Source: Alphaproteobacteria bacterium (GTDB taxonomy: Bacteria; Pseudomonadota; Alphaproteobacteria; SHVZ01). From it: 47,491 nucleotides of DNA. A program made the translations under genes and the position numbers. The DNA is taken from positions 1-47,491 of the forward strand of contig CAXNIC010000002.1 of assembly GCA_964201945.1 (NCBI GenBank), written 5' to 3'. Positions 27,178-36,014 of this stretch are shown here, one piece after another (position 1 is the stretch's first letter; each line of letters starts with the position of its first letter). The notes beneath the pieces were generated by a model. The model did no database searches and was not told the DNA's origin. It saw only the letters and a program-made list of their open reading frames with translations.

Positions 27178-29298
27178 GTGAGGGCGGCGGCCACGCTTGC
27201 CGCGATCCGCCCGGCCGCGCTGGGGGCCGGTTTCGTCGCGGCCCTGCTGGCCGATCGCGAGCGCTGGGCGCTGTGGCTGCCGGTCGGGCTCGGGTTCGGG
27301 GTCGGCCTCTACTTCGTTCTGCCGGTCGAGCCGCCGCTCTGGCTCGGTCTGGCGCTGGCCGTGGCCGGGCTGGCGGCGACGGCGGGCCTGCACGGGCGCA
27401 TTGCCGGAGTCGCTGCCGCCGCTTTCCTGGCAGTCACCCTGGGGTTCGCGCTCGGCGAGATGCGGACCAAGGCGGTGAGCGCGCCGATGCTCGACCGCTC
27501 GCTGGGACCTGTCGGGGTCGAGGGGCGGGTGGTCGAACTGGATCACCGCGACGGCGGGATCCGCCTTACCCTCGACCGCTTGGCGATCCCGCGCCTCGCG
27601 CCGCAACGCACGCCCGAGCGCGCCCGGATCACGCTCCGCGGCGCCAGGCCCGACGTCGCCATCGGTTCGCGTATTCGGGTCACCGCCATCCTCCGCCCGC
27701 CGCCTGAACCGGCCCAGCCCGGCGCCTTCGACTTTCAGCGACAGGCCTTCTTCGAGCGCTTAGGGGCGACCGGATTCGCCACCGGCCCTCTCCGCGTACT
27801 CCGCGTCGACCCGCCCGCCGGGCCGGTCGAGTCCGTTCGCCTCTGGATCGCCGAGGTGCGGAAGAAGATTACCGAGCGTCTGATGGCGATGATTCCGGGC
27901 GGGGCGGGTGCGGTCGCCGCGTCGCTGGTCACCGGCGAGCAGGGGCCTGTCCCGGCCACGGACATGCAGGCCATCCGCGATTCCGGCCTGGCTCACCTCC
28001 TTTCCATCTCAGGTCTTCATATGAGCCTGGTGGTCGGGCTGGTGTTCTTCGTCGTCCGTGGCGGCCTCGCGCTGATCGAGCCTTTGGCGCTGCGCTGGCC
28101 GACCAAGAAGATTGCCGCGGTCGTGGCGCTGGTCGTTGGCTTTCTCTACCTGCAGCTATCCGGCGCCTCGCCGCCGACCCAGCGATCCTTCCTCATGGTG
28201 GCGATCGTGCTGCTGGCCGTGCTGATCGACCGCCAGGCTATCTCGATGCGTACCATCGCCTGGGCGGCGGCGGCCGTGCTGCTGATCGCGCCGGAAAGCC
28301 TGGTCGGCGCCAGCTTCCAGATGTCGTTCGCGGCGGTTGTCGCCCTGATCGCCATCTTCGAGGCGACGGGGGAACGCCTGGCGGCGATGCGGGCCGACTC
28401 AGGCGTGATCCGCCGCGCCCTGCTTCATCTGGGAAGTCTGTCGCTGGCCTCCGTCGTCGCCACGCTGGCGACCGCACCCTTCACCGTCTTCCACTTCAAC
28501 CGGCTGCCGCTCTACAGCCTGGTCGCCAATCTGATGGCGATCCCCGTCGCCGAGCTCTGGGTCATGCCATGGGGCATGGTGGCACTGCTGCTGATGCCGT
28601 TCGGCGTCGACGGCTGGGCGCTGGCGCCGATGGGATGGGGGATCGAGGTGATCCTGTGGATCTCGCGTTGGACCGCAGCGCTTCCAGGTTCAGTCATCGT
28701 GCTGCCGGAGATGCCGGTCGCGGCCCTGATCGCGATGTCGTTCGGCGGCCTTTGGCTCTGTCTCTGGCAAAGCCGCATCCGCTGGCTCGGAGTTGCCGGC
28801 ATCGTCGCCGGCCTCGCCATCGCCTCGACGTCCCGGCCGGCGGACTTCCTGATCTCCCCCGACGGCAAGCTGATCGGGGCTCGCGGCGAAGATGGCGAGC
28901 TGGCCCTGTCAAGGCGGCGCGCCGGGTTTGTCTCGGACACCTGGTTGAGACGTCAGGGGCAGGACGCGACCGCCGATTGGGCGGCGCTCTGGCGCTGCGG
29001 CGATGCCGGCTGCAGCCGGGCCTACGGCCCGGTGGAGGTGGCGCTGGTGCGGACGCCCAACGAGCGTCGTATCGCCTGCGCGCGCGAGGGGATCGTGGTC
29101 ATCGCCACCATCCCGGCGCGGTTCTGCCACTCACCGCGGCTGGTCATCGACGTGATCGATCTCCGCGCCGACGGCACTCATGCGCTCCGCTTCGACGGCA
29201 ACCGCGTCGAGGTCGAAACCGTGCGCGGCAGCCGGGGCCTGCGACCATGGGTGGCGCCGGCCCCGGCACGCGGGAACCGGGCGGATACTAATCGGTGA
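27178..29298 (+). CDS. comEC: ComEC/Rec2-family integral membrane protein
   Basis: GTG start. Many TM segments. Competence-domain motif GLAHLLSISGLHMSLV. No HxHxDH metallo-beta-lactamase motif is visible in the C-terminal ~150 aa. Confidence 0.8.
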   Translation: MRAAATLAAIRPAALGAGFVAALLADRERWALWLPVGLGFGVGLYFVLPVEPPLWLGLALAVAGLAATAGLHGRIAGVAAAAFLAVTLGFALGEMRTKAVSAPMLDRSLGPVGVEGRVVELDHRDGGIRLTLDRLAIPRLAPQRTPERARITLRGARPDVAIGSRIRVTAILRPPPEPAQPGAFDFQRQAFFERLGATGFATGPLRVLRVDPPAGPVESVRLWIAEVRKKITERLMAMIPGGAGAVAASLVTGEQGPVPATDMQAIRDSGLAHLLSISGLHMSLVVGLVFFVVRGGLALIEPLALRWPTKKIAAVVALVVGFLYLQLSGASPPTQRSFLMVAIVLLAVLIDRQAISMRTIAWAAAAVLLIAPESLVGASFQMSFAAVVALIAIFEATGERLAAMRADSGVIRRALLHLGSLSLASVVATLATAPFTVFHFNRLPLYSLVANLMAIPVAELWVMPWGMVALLLMPFGVDGWALAPMGWGIEVILWISRWTAALPGSVIVLPEMPVAALIAMSFGGLWLCLWQSRIRWLGVAGIVAGLAIASTSRPADFLISPDGKLIGARGEDGELALSRRRAGFVSDTWLRRQGQDATADWAALWRCGDAGCSRAYGPVEVALVRTPNERRIACAREGIVVIATIPARFCHSPRLVIDVIDLRADGTHALRFDGNRVEVETVRGSRGLRPWVAPAPARGNRADTNR

Positions 29299-29671
29299 AT
29301 ATGCGCGGCAAGATGGCCCGCTGCTGGTTCTCGCGCTGGATTCGCGCAATCTCATCCTGTCGGCGGAGCTCGCGATAATCGGTCTCTCGCCGCTGCCGCG
29401 TGAGCGATGCCTGCCGGCGGAGCTCGCGGTTCTCGCGCTCGAGGCGGGCGATTTCGATCCGCCGCCGGCTTTCCTCGGGTGTCAGGCTTCTGTCGAAATC
29501 GTCATCGTCATCGTCATCGTCATGACCTTTACGCCGCGCCTTCTCCGCGCGCTTCTGCTCCTTCTCCGCGCGTTTGTCCTTTTTCTTCTTTTTGGGATCG
29601 GCCCATGCCTCGCCCGAGGTCATGCCTAGCACCAAGGCAAGAATCCCAAGAGTGAGAGTTCGTCGCTTCAT
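29288..29671 (-). CDS. Small secreted, highly charged protein with K-rich / D8 / R-E-Q-rich blocks
   Basis: AAGGGA upstream of the ATG. Sec signal MKRRTLTLGILALVLGMTSGEAWA|DP. The mature part contains KKKKKDKRAEKEQKRAEKARRKGHDDDDDDDDFDR and then RENRELRRQ-type helical repeats. No family recognised. Confidence 0.55.
   Translation of the reverse strand: MKRRTLTLGILALVLGMTSGEAWADPKKKKKDKRAEKEQKRAEKARRKGHDDDDDDDDFDRSLTPEESRRRIEIARLERENRELRRQASLTRQRRETDYRELRRQDEIARIQRENQQRAILPRIFTD
29498..29521. repeat. Hexanucleotide tandem repeat (ATCGTC)x4 encoding the poly-Asp block
   Basis: Read directly: atcgtc atcgtc atcgtc atcgtc on the + strand, which is (GAC GAT)n on the coding strand. Confidence 0.85.
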
Positions 29672-29752
29672 GACGGTCGGTCCCTTTTATGAAGCGCGTC
29701 GGCGGGGCAGCCGACCGCGGCAACCCCGCCGCGCGTCAAAGGCTGACGACGT

Positions 29753-30106
29753 CTAGGGCCTCAACGCCTGCTGGCGGCGCAGCGCCCGGTTTTCGCGCCG
29801 GAGCTGGTCACGCCGAGCCTCGGCGGCCGCCTCTCGACGAGTCTGCCGCTCCAGCTTGTTGGCTTGGCTGCGGTTGAGGTCGCTGGTGGTCGCATTCGGA
29901 TCGCGCAGACGGAGCGCGCGAAGTTCGCGCGCCTCGGCACGCTCCGTGCGTGTCTCGACGCGTTGTTCGCGCTTGTCCACGTTCTTCTGCTTCCGCCAAC
30001 CATGGGCCGGCGCCCAGGACGGCGGGTCGGCCATCGCCTGGGTGGGCACCATGGCGGTGCCGAACAGCAGGGCGGTCAGCGCGACGGCAAGGGTTGCGAT
30101 CTTCAT
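29753..30106 (-). CDS. Small secreted R/E/Q-rich protein, distant paralog of 29288..29671
   Basis: ORF 29753..30190 trimmed to ATG 30106 (MKIATLAVALTALLFGTAMVPTQAMA|DPPSW...). It shares the DP mature start and the RENRALRRQ motif with its neighbour. Confidence 0.5.
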   Translation of the reverse strand: MKIATLAVALTALLFGTAMVPTQAMADPPSWAPAHGWRKQKNVDKREQRVETRTERAEARELRALRLRDPNATTSDLNRSQANKLERQTRREAAAEARRDQLRRENRALRRQQALRP

Positions 30107-30186
30107 GGTCTGCGTCCTTTCGACCAGGCCATCCGATCTATGGCTGGTCCAAGTAAAGGTGCGCTGAGACCATTGGTTCCCGTCCG

Positions 30187-30978
30187 TCACGATCGGGCAG
30201 CATTCATCCCTATGATATTCTCGAGCGCGGCCAGCCCGTCGGTCAGCGCCGCCGGTCCCGGCTGCAGGATGATCGGCGACTTGATCTCATGGATGGCGCC
30301 GCTTCGGACCGCCGGGAGATTGGCGAACCCCGGGCGGGACCTAATCTTTTCCGGCCGGACCTTCTTGCCGCACCAGGAACCGATAATCAGGTCGGGAGAA
30401 CGCCCGATCACCTCCTCGGGCGTGACGATGCGATCCTTGGCAGCCCGCCCGCCGGCACGGTCGGCGAAGACATCGATGCCACCCGCGATTGCGATCAGTT
30501 CGGAGACCCAACCGATGGCGGAGATCAGCGGATCGTCCCACTCCTCGAAGAAGACGCGTGGTCGCCGCGGAAGCCCGGTGGTGCGCTGGCAGGCACCCTC
30601 GATGCCGTCCTCCAGACGTGCAACCAGCGCTTCGGCCCGGTCGCTCGCGGCGACCAGGGCGCCGAGCGTCCGGATCATGTCCAGGATCCCGGCGATGCTG
30701 CGCTGGTTGAAGACATGGACGGCAAGGCCGCGGCGAGCGAGGTCGGCGACGATGTCGGCCTGCAGGTCGGAAAAGGCGAGGACGAGATCCGGCTCGAGCT
30801 TCAGGATCTTCTCGACATCGGCGGAGACGAAGGCGCTGACCCGGGGCTTGTCGCGTCGTGCCTCGGGCGGCCGGACGACGTAGCCGGAGATGCCGACGAT
30901 CCGATCCTGCTCGCCGAGGAGGTAGAGCGTCTCGACCGTCTCCTCGGTCAGGCAGACGATGCGCGCGGGCGGGTACAA
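30187..30978 (-). CDS. BtuF/TroA-fold (periplasmic-binding-protein type 2-like) protein without signal peptide; 'cobalamin-binding protein'-like
   Basis: Motifs: RIVCLTEETVETLYLLGEQDRIVGIS, EKILKLEPDLVLAF, PDLIIGSWCG. No hydrophobic leader is present with any possible start. The start is set to TTG 30978, 7 nt after the upstream stop, and is uncertain. Confidence 0.65.
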   Translation of the reverse strand: MYPPARIVCLTEETVETLYLLGEQDRIVGISGYVVRPPEARRDKPRVSAFVSADVEKILKLEPDLVLAFSDLQADIVADLARRGLAVHVFNQRSIAGILDMIRTLGALVAASDRAEALVARLEDGIEGACQRTTGLPRRPRVFFEEWDDPLISAIGWVSELIAIAGGIDVFADRAGGRAAKDRIVTPEEVIGRSPDLIIGSWCGKKVRPEKIRSRPGFANLPAVRSGAIHEIKSPIILQPGPAALTDGLAALENIIGMNAARS

Positions 30979-30985
30979 GGCGACG

Positions 30986-31504
30986 TCAGAAACGGATGTC
31001 GGCCGACTCGATGACTTCGGCAAAGTCGCGGAGAACTGCATTGTGGTGGGCGACGATCTGCGGCGCCCTGAGCACGGCCGAGTCGAAGGTCGAATGCGCG
31101 TCGGAGGCCAGCACCACCTTGTAGCCAAGAGCGAAGGCGGCGCGGGTCGTGGTGTCGACGCAGAACTCGGTCTGCATGCCGGCGATCACCAGGCGGCCGA
31201 TGCCGCTGGCCCGCAGCCGCGCGTCGAGCCCGGTGCCGAGAAAGGCATCGCAGCGATCCTTGACCACCACCTCTTCACCCGGCTTCGGCGCCACGTCCGG
31301 ATGAATGGCGAACCCGGTCGTGCCGCGGGCAAGCGGGTGGCCGTCGTCTCCGGCATGCTGCACATGGAAGACGGGAACGCCCTCGGCTCTGGCACGGTCC
31401 TGCAGCGCGCGCAGGCGCTTCAGCAACTCATCCGGACGGTAGGGTCGCAGCGGATCGCGGAACATGCCCTGCTGGACATCGATGACGACGAGTGCGGTCG
31501 ACAT
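30986..31504 (-). CDS. Isochorismatase-family cysteine hydrolase
   Basis: Motifs: ALVVIDVQQGMF (Asp), VVVKDRCDAF (Lys), GMQTEFCVDTT (catalytic Cys). Confidence 0.85.
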   Translation of the reverse strand: MSTALVVIDVQQGMFRDPLRPYRPDELLKRLRALQDRARAEGVPVFHVQHAGDDGHPLARGTTGFAIHPDVAPKPGEEVVVKDRCDAFLGTGLDARLRASGIGRLVIAGMQTEFCVDTTTRAAFALGYKVVLASDAHSTFDSAVLRAPQIVAHHNAVLRDFAEVIESADIRF

Positions 31505-31679
31505 TGAGAGTCGCTCCTGACCGGGACCTATGGTCGCCGGAGTCTACGGCGTGTCGTCTACGCGACGGAAGCCGTCGTTCCCCGCCCGGGCCGCCGGCGG
31601 CAAACAAGGCATAGAACCAGGATGGCCCGAAGTGGCCAGGATCACGCAACCCGAGGCAGGGGCGCCGGACCGCCAGACG

Positions 31680-32567
31680 ATGCCCGACGCAATGGATCAT
31701 GCGGACGCGCCGGCGATACCGGCCACGATCGAGCTGTCGGCCCGCTCGATCGCGGCCGATCCCGCCGCCCTGCGGTTGATCCCGCCGGCAACACGGGTTT
31801 ATCTCGTCGACGCCGGCGACGGGCCGGCTTCCGAGTGGACGGACGCCTGTCGTCGGCTCACCGATGCGGGGCTGGAGCCCGTACCTCACATCGCCTGCCG
31901 GCGCATCCGTAGCCTTCAGGACATCGATGAGCGTCTCGAGGCCATGGCCGGAGCCGCCGGCATCCGCGACGTCCTGGTCATCGGCGGCGACATCGCCCGG
32001 CCGCTCGGTCCCTTCGCCTCCTCGATGGACCTGCTCGAGACCGGCATCCTGCAGCGTCACGGGATCACGAGGTTCGGCATCGCCGGTCACCCCGAGGGCT
32101 CTCCGGACGTCGCGCCGGCGGCGGTCGTCGACGCCCTGCACTGGAAGATCGAGCTCGCGGCCCGCACCGGCCTGGAGATCCGCCTGGTCACCCAGTTCGG
32201 CTTCGACCCGGAGGCGACGATCGGCTGGGCCGCGCGCCTGGCAGCGGAGGGCATCCGCCTGCCGATCCATGTCGGCGTCGCCGGCCCGACCAGCATGACC
32301 CGGTTGCTGAAATATGCGGCCCTCTGCGGCGTGCGCGCCTCGGCGTCGTTCGCCCTGAAGCGTGGCGCTGCGTTGACCTCGCTGATGGGTGGTTATTCGC
32401 CGGACCCATATGCGCGCGCGATCGAACGGAGCGGCCACGTCACGCAACTGCATGTCTATGCGTTCGGTGGCCTGGCGGCGACCGCCCACTGGCTGATCGG
32501 ACGAGGCTCGTGGCGCGGGCGGGACGAGACGACGCAAGCGATTCAGAACGTCAGGAGCATGCCGTGA
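31680..32567 (+). CDS. Methylenetetrahydrofolate reductase (MTHFR/MetF) family protein
   Basis: ORF 31530..32567. The start is tentatively ATG 31680 (ATG 31692 is also possible). MTHFR-like blocks: PHIACR, VLVIGGD, GIAGHPEG, VTQFGFD, PIHVGVAGP. Confidence 0.75.
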   Translation: MPDAMDHADAPAIPATIELSARSIAADPAALRLIPPATRVYLVDAGDGPASEWTDACRRLTDAGLEPVPHIACRRIRSLQDIDERLEAMAGAAGIRDVLVIGGDIARPLGPFASSMDLLETGILQRHGITRFGIAGHPEGSPDVAPAAVVDALHWKIELAARTGLEIRLVTQFGFDPEATIGWAARLAAEGIRLPIHVGVAGPTSMTRLLKYAALCGVRASASFALKRGAALTSLMGGYSPDPYARAIERSGHVTQLHVYAFGGLAATAHWLIGRGSWRGRDETTQAIQNVRSMP

Positions 32568-33493
32568 CGGAGACTGTCCTGCATTCGGCGACAAAGACCG
32601 CCGTGATCGGCTTCGGCCGGCCGTTCTGCGTGATCGGCGAGCGGATCAACCCGACGGGGCGGAAGAAACTGGCGGAGGCGATGATGGCCGGTGACTTCTC
32701 TGGCGTTTCCGCCGACGCCTTGGCCCAGGTCGCGGCCGGCGCCCTGGTGCTGGACGTGAATGCCGGGGTCACCGCCGTCGACCCGAACCTGTCTGAGCCA
32801 CCTTTGCTCGCCAGGACCATCGAGCTGGTGCAGTCGCTGGTCGACGTTCCGCTTTGCATCGACTCCTCGGTCCCGGCCGCTCTTGCGGCCGGACTTGCTG
32901 TCGCCAAGGGCCGGCCACTGGTGAACTCGGTGACCGGCGAGGAGGATCGGCTGGAAACGATCCTGCCTTTGATCAAGAAGTTCAACGTACCGGTGGTGGC
33001 GATCTCCAACGACGAATCCGGGATCAGCTACGATCCCGACGTGCGCTTCGCCGTTGCCAAGAAGATCGTCGAACGTGCCGCCGACCACGGCATCAAGCCA
33101 GAGGACATCGTCGTCGACCCACTGGTGATGCCGATCGGCGCCTTGAACAATGCCGGCTCCCAGGTCTTCCGCCTGATCCGGCGGCTGCGCGAGGAGCTCA
33201 AGGTCAACACCACCTGCGGCGCCTCCAACATCTCCTTCGGCATCCCCAACCGGCGAGTGATGAACGCCCACTTCCTGTCGATGGCCGCGGCCGTCGGCAT
33301 GACCAGCGCGATCATGAATCCGCTGCACAAGGAGGACATGGACGCGATCCGTGCCGCCAACACGCTGAACGGCTTCGACCCCGACTGCATGGCCTGGCTT
33401 CGGGCCAACCGAGACCCGGCAGCGGGCGGGGAAGCGGGGGCGGCCCGTCGCGAGCGCCGGGGGCGGCGCCAGGGGGCGGAGGCGGGCGCCTGA
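32564..33493 (+). CDS. Pterin-binding methyltransferase (methyl-THF:corrinoid methyltransferase; CmuB/MtrH/MetH-pterin-domain-like)
   Basis: GTG 32564 overlaps the upstream stop (GTGA), with AGGAGC 6 nt upstream. Motifs: IGERINPTGRKK, LVNSVTGE, TCGASNISFGIPNR (compare MetH GGVSNVSFG). Confidence 0.75.
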   Translation: MTETVLHSATKTAVIGFGRPFCVIGERINPTGRKKLAEAMMAGDFSGVSADALAQVAAGALVLDVNAGVTAVDPNLSEPPLLARTIELVQSLVDVPLCIDSSVPAALAAGLAVAKGRPLVNSVTGEEDRLETILPLIKKFNVPVVAISNDESGISYDPDVRFAVAKKIVERAADHGIKPEDIVVDPLVMPIGALNNAGSQVFRLIRRLREELKVNTTCGASNISFGIPNRRVMNAHFLSMAAAVGMTSAIMNPLHKEDMDAIRAANTLNGFDPDCMAWLRANRDPAAGGEAGAARRERRGRRQGAEAGA

Positions 33494-33556
33494 AAGGTTG
33501 CGTTTGCGGGCCAAATTGCCGTATTGCCGATAGTTCAACGTGGTCAGGGGAACCGG

Positions 33557-35968
33557 GTGAAGACCGAAATTCGTGTAGCGGTGATCGGCGGCGGTGTCGT
33601 CGGCGCGAGCGTGCTTTATCACCTGACCAAGCTCGGCTGGACCGACATCGCGCTGTTCGAGAAGCATGAGCTGACCTCGGGCTCGACCTGGCACGCGGCG
33701 GCGAGCGTCCACACCTACAACTCCGACGCCAACGTCTCGAAGCTGCAGAAATACACCATCGACCTCTACCGCGAGATCGAGCAGATCTCCGGCCAGAGCT
33801 GCGGCATCCACGCCACCGGCAACATGGTGGTCGCCACCACCGACGAGATCTTCGACAATCTGAAGCTGATGCATTCCCGCGCCAAGTACCTGGGCATGGA
33901 GACGCACCTGATCACGCCGTCGGAGGCGAAGAAGCTCAACCCGCTGATCGACGACAAGTGCTTCGTCGGCGCGCTCCATCGCATCGACGGCGGCCATGTC
34001 GACCCGAACGGCGTCACCCACGCCTATGCCATTTCTGCCCGGAAGGCGGGCGCCGAGGTTCACCGCTTCACCCAGGTGACCGGCTTGACCCAGCGTGCCG
34101 ACGGTACCTGGGACGTCGCCACCGACAAGGGCATGGTCCATGCCGAGCACGTGGTCAACGCCGCCGGCCTCTGGGCCCGCGAGGTCGGCCGCATGGCCGG
34201 CATCGAGCTGCCGGTGCTGGCGATGGAGCACATGTATGTGGTGACCGAGGAGATCCCCGAGGTCGTCGCCCATGGCCGCGAGGTCCTGCCGACCACCGAC
34301 TATTTCGGCGAGATCTACATGCGCCAGGAGGGGCGGGGCGTGCTGCTCGGCACCTACGAGAAGGATTGCCGGGTGTGGTCGCCGCACACGACGCCGTGGG
34401 ACTTCTCGATGCAGCTGCTGCCCGACGATCTGGATCGCCTCGCACCGCATCTCGAGATCGGCTTCAAGCACTTCCCGGCGGTCGGCCGCGCCGGCATCAA
34501 GAAGGTGGTCAACGGCCCCTTCACCTTCGCGCCCGACGGCAACCCGCTGGTGGGGCCGGTGCGCGGACTTCGCAACTACTGGTCGGCCTGCGGTGTCATG
34601 GCGGGCTTCGCCCAGGGTGGCGGCGTCGGCCTGGCGCTGTCGCGCTGGATGGTCGAGGGCGATCCCGGTGCCGACATCTTCGCCATGGACGTCTCGCGCT
34701 TCGGCAAATACGCGACGCACCAGTACACGCTGATCAAGGTGCCGGAGAACTACAGCCGGCGCTTCCGCATCGCCTATCCGAACGAGGAGATGCCGGCCGC
34801 TCGCCCGCTGCGCCGGACCCCGGTCTATGACCGCCTAAAGGACGCCGGCGCCGTGTTCGGGGCCAATTTCGGCCTTGAGGTTGCGCTCTGGTATGCGCCG
34901 AAGGGCATGGAGCCCGTCGAGAACCCCACTTATCGCCGCTCCAACGCCTTCCCGATCGTGAAGGAGGAGTGCCACGCGGTCCGGAACGCCGTCGGCCTGA
35001 TGGAGATCTCGGGTTTCGGCAAATACGAGGTGGTGGGACCGGACGCGGAGGCGTGGCTCAACCGTATCCTCGCCAACAAGATGCCGAAGCCCGGCCGCAT
35101 GGTGCTGGCGCCGATGCTCAATCCGCGCGGCACCGTCATCGGCGACTTCTCGGTCGCGCGCCTCGCGCAGGATCGCTTCCTGATCATCGGCTCGGGCGTC
35201 GCCGAGATCTATCACATGCGCTGGTTCGAGCAGCACCCGCCGCCGGCCGGCACTTATATCCGGCCGCTGCCGCATGCGCTGACCGGCTTCGGGATTGCCG
35301 GCCCGAAGTCCCGCGAGCTGCTGCAGCGCCTGGTGTTCGAGGATGTCTCGCACCAGGCGTTCAAATTCTTCGCCGCCCGCGAGATGGTGGTGGGGCTGGC
35401 GCCCTGCACGGTGCTCCGTGCCAGCTATACCGGTGATCTCGGCTACGAGATCTGGACGACGCCGGACTATCAAGTGACGCTCTATGACGCGCTGGTCGAG
35501 GCCGGCAAGGATCTCGGCCTTCGCCATTTCGGCAATCGGGCGCTGATGTCACTGCGCCTTGAAAAGGCCTATGGCGCCTTCTTCCGCGAGTTCCGCCCGG
35601 ACTACACGCCGATGGAGAGCGGGCTCGACCGCTTCGTCGCCTATGACAAGGCGGACTTCATCGGCCGCGAGGCGGCACTGAAGGACCGCGCCACGCCGCC
35701 GAAGAAGAAGCTGGTGCCGCTGATCGTCGAGACCGATGTCGAGGTCGTGGGATATGAGAGCGTGATGAAGGGCGACGACGCGGTCGGCCAGGTGACCTCC
35801 GGCGGCTACGCCCATTGGGCCGGCAAGAGCATGGCGATGGCCTATGTCGACCCGGCGCTGGCCAAGGACGGCGAGACGCTGTCGGTCCTGATCTTCGGCA
35901 AGGCCTGCCCGGCGGTGGTCGCGATGCAGCCGCTGTTCGACGCCAATGGCGGGCGCCAACGGGGGTAG
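33557..35968 (+). CDS. Dimethylglycine/sarcosine dehydrogenase-family enzyme (FAD oxidoreductase + GcvT aminomethyltransferase domains), copy 1
   Basis: The start is set to GTG 33557 by alignment to copy 2 (MKTEIRVAVIGGGVVG vs MKSHVRVAVVGGGVVG). Covalent-FAD-type motif SGSTWHAA. C-terminal GcvT-type region SYTGDLGYEIW. Confidence 0.85.
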   Translation: MKTEIRVAVIGGGVVGASVLYHLTKLGWTDIALFEKHELTSGSTWHAAASVHTYNSDANVSKLQKYTIDLYREIEQISGQSCGIHATGNMVVATTDEIFDNLKLMHSRAKYLGMETHLITPSEAKKLNPLIDDKCFVGALHRIDGGHVDPNGVTHAYAISARKAGAEVHRFTQVTGLTQRADGTWDVATDKGMVHAEHVVNAAGLWAREVGRMAGIELPVLAMEHMYVVTEEIPEVVAHGREVLPTTDYFGEIYMRQEGRGVLLGTYEKDCRVWSPHTTPWDFSMQLLPDDLDRLAPHLEIGFKHFPAVGRAGIKKVVNGPFTFAPDGNPLVGPVRGLRNYWSACGVMAGFAQGGGVGLALSRWMVEGDPGADIFAMDVSRFGKYATHQYTLIKVPENYSRRFRIAYPNEEMPAARPLRRTPVYDRLKDAGAVFGANFGLEVALWYAPKGMEPVENPTYRRSNAFPIVKEECHAVRNAVGLMEISGFGKYEVVGPDAEAWLNRILANKMPKPGRMVLAPMLNPRGTVIGDFSVARLAQDRFLIIGSGVAEIYHMRWFEQHPPPAGTYIRPLPHALTGFGIAGPKSRELLQRLVFEDVSHQAFKFFAAREMVVGLAPCTVLRASYTGDLGYEIWTTPDYQVTLYDALVEAGKDLGLRHFGNRALMSLRLEKAYGAFFREFRPDYTPMESGLDRFVAYDKADFIGREAALKDRATPPKKKLVPLIVETDVEVVGYESVMKGDDAVGQVTSGGYAHWAGKSMAMAYVDPALAKDGETLSVLIFGKACPAVVAMQPLFDANGGRQRG

Positions 35969-36014
35969 AGCGAGACTCGATGCAAGCCGCATCGATGGTG
36001 AAGGAAGTGTTTCG

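Noticed and set aside
29700-29731. 8-bp stem (CGGCGGGG / CCCCGCCG) with a 16-nt loop downstream of the second small secreted gene, considered as a terminator.
   Set aside because: The stem is short, the loop is large, and there is no T-tract, so the evidence is too weak to annotate.
31505-31679. Possible cobalamin, THF or SAM riboswitch in the 175-nt region upstream of the MTHFR-like gene. It contains the direct repeat GTCTACG x2 and a small hairpin CGACGG-AAG-CCGTCG.
   Set aside because: No B12-box-like or other class-defining motif is visible. The true start of the MTHFR-like gene is uncertain, so part of this region may be coding.
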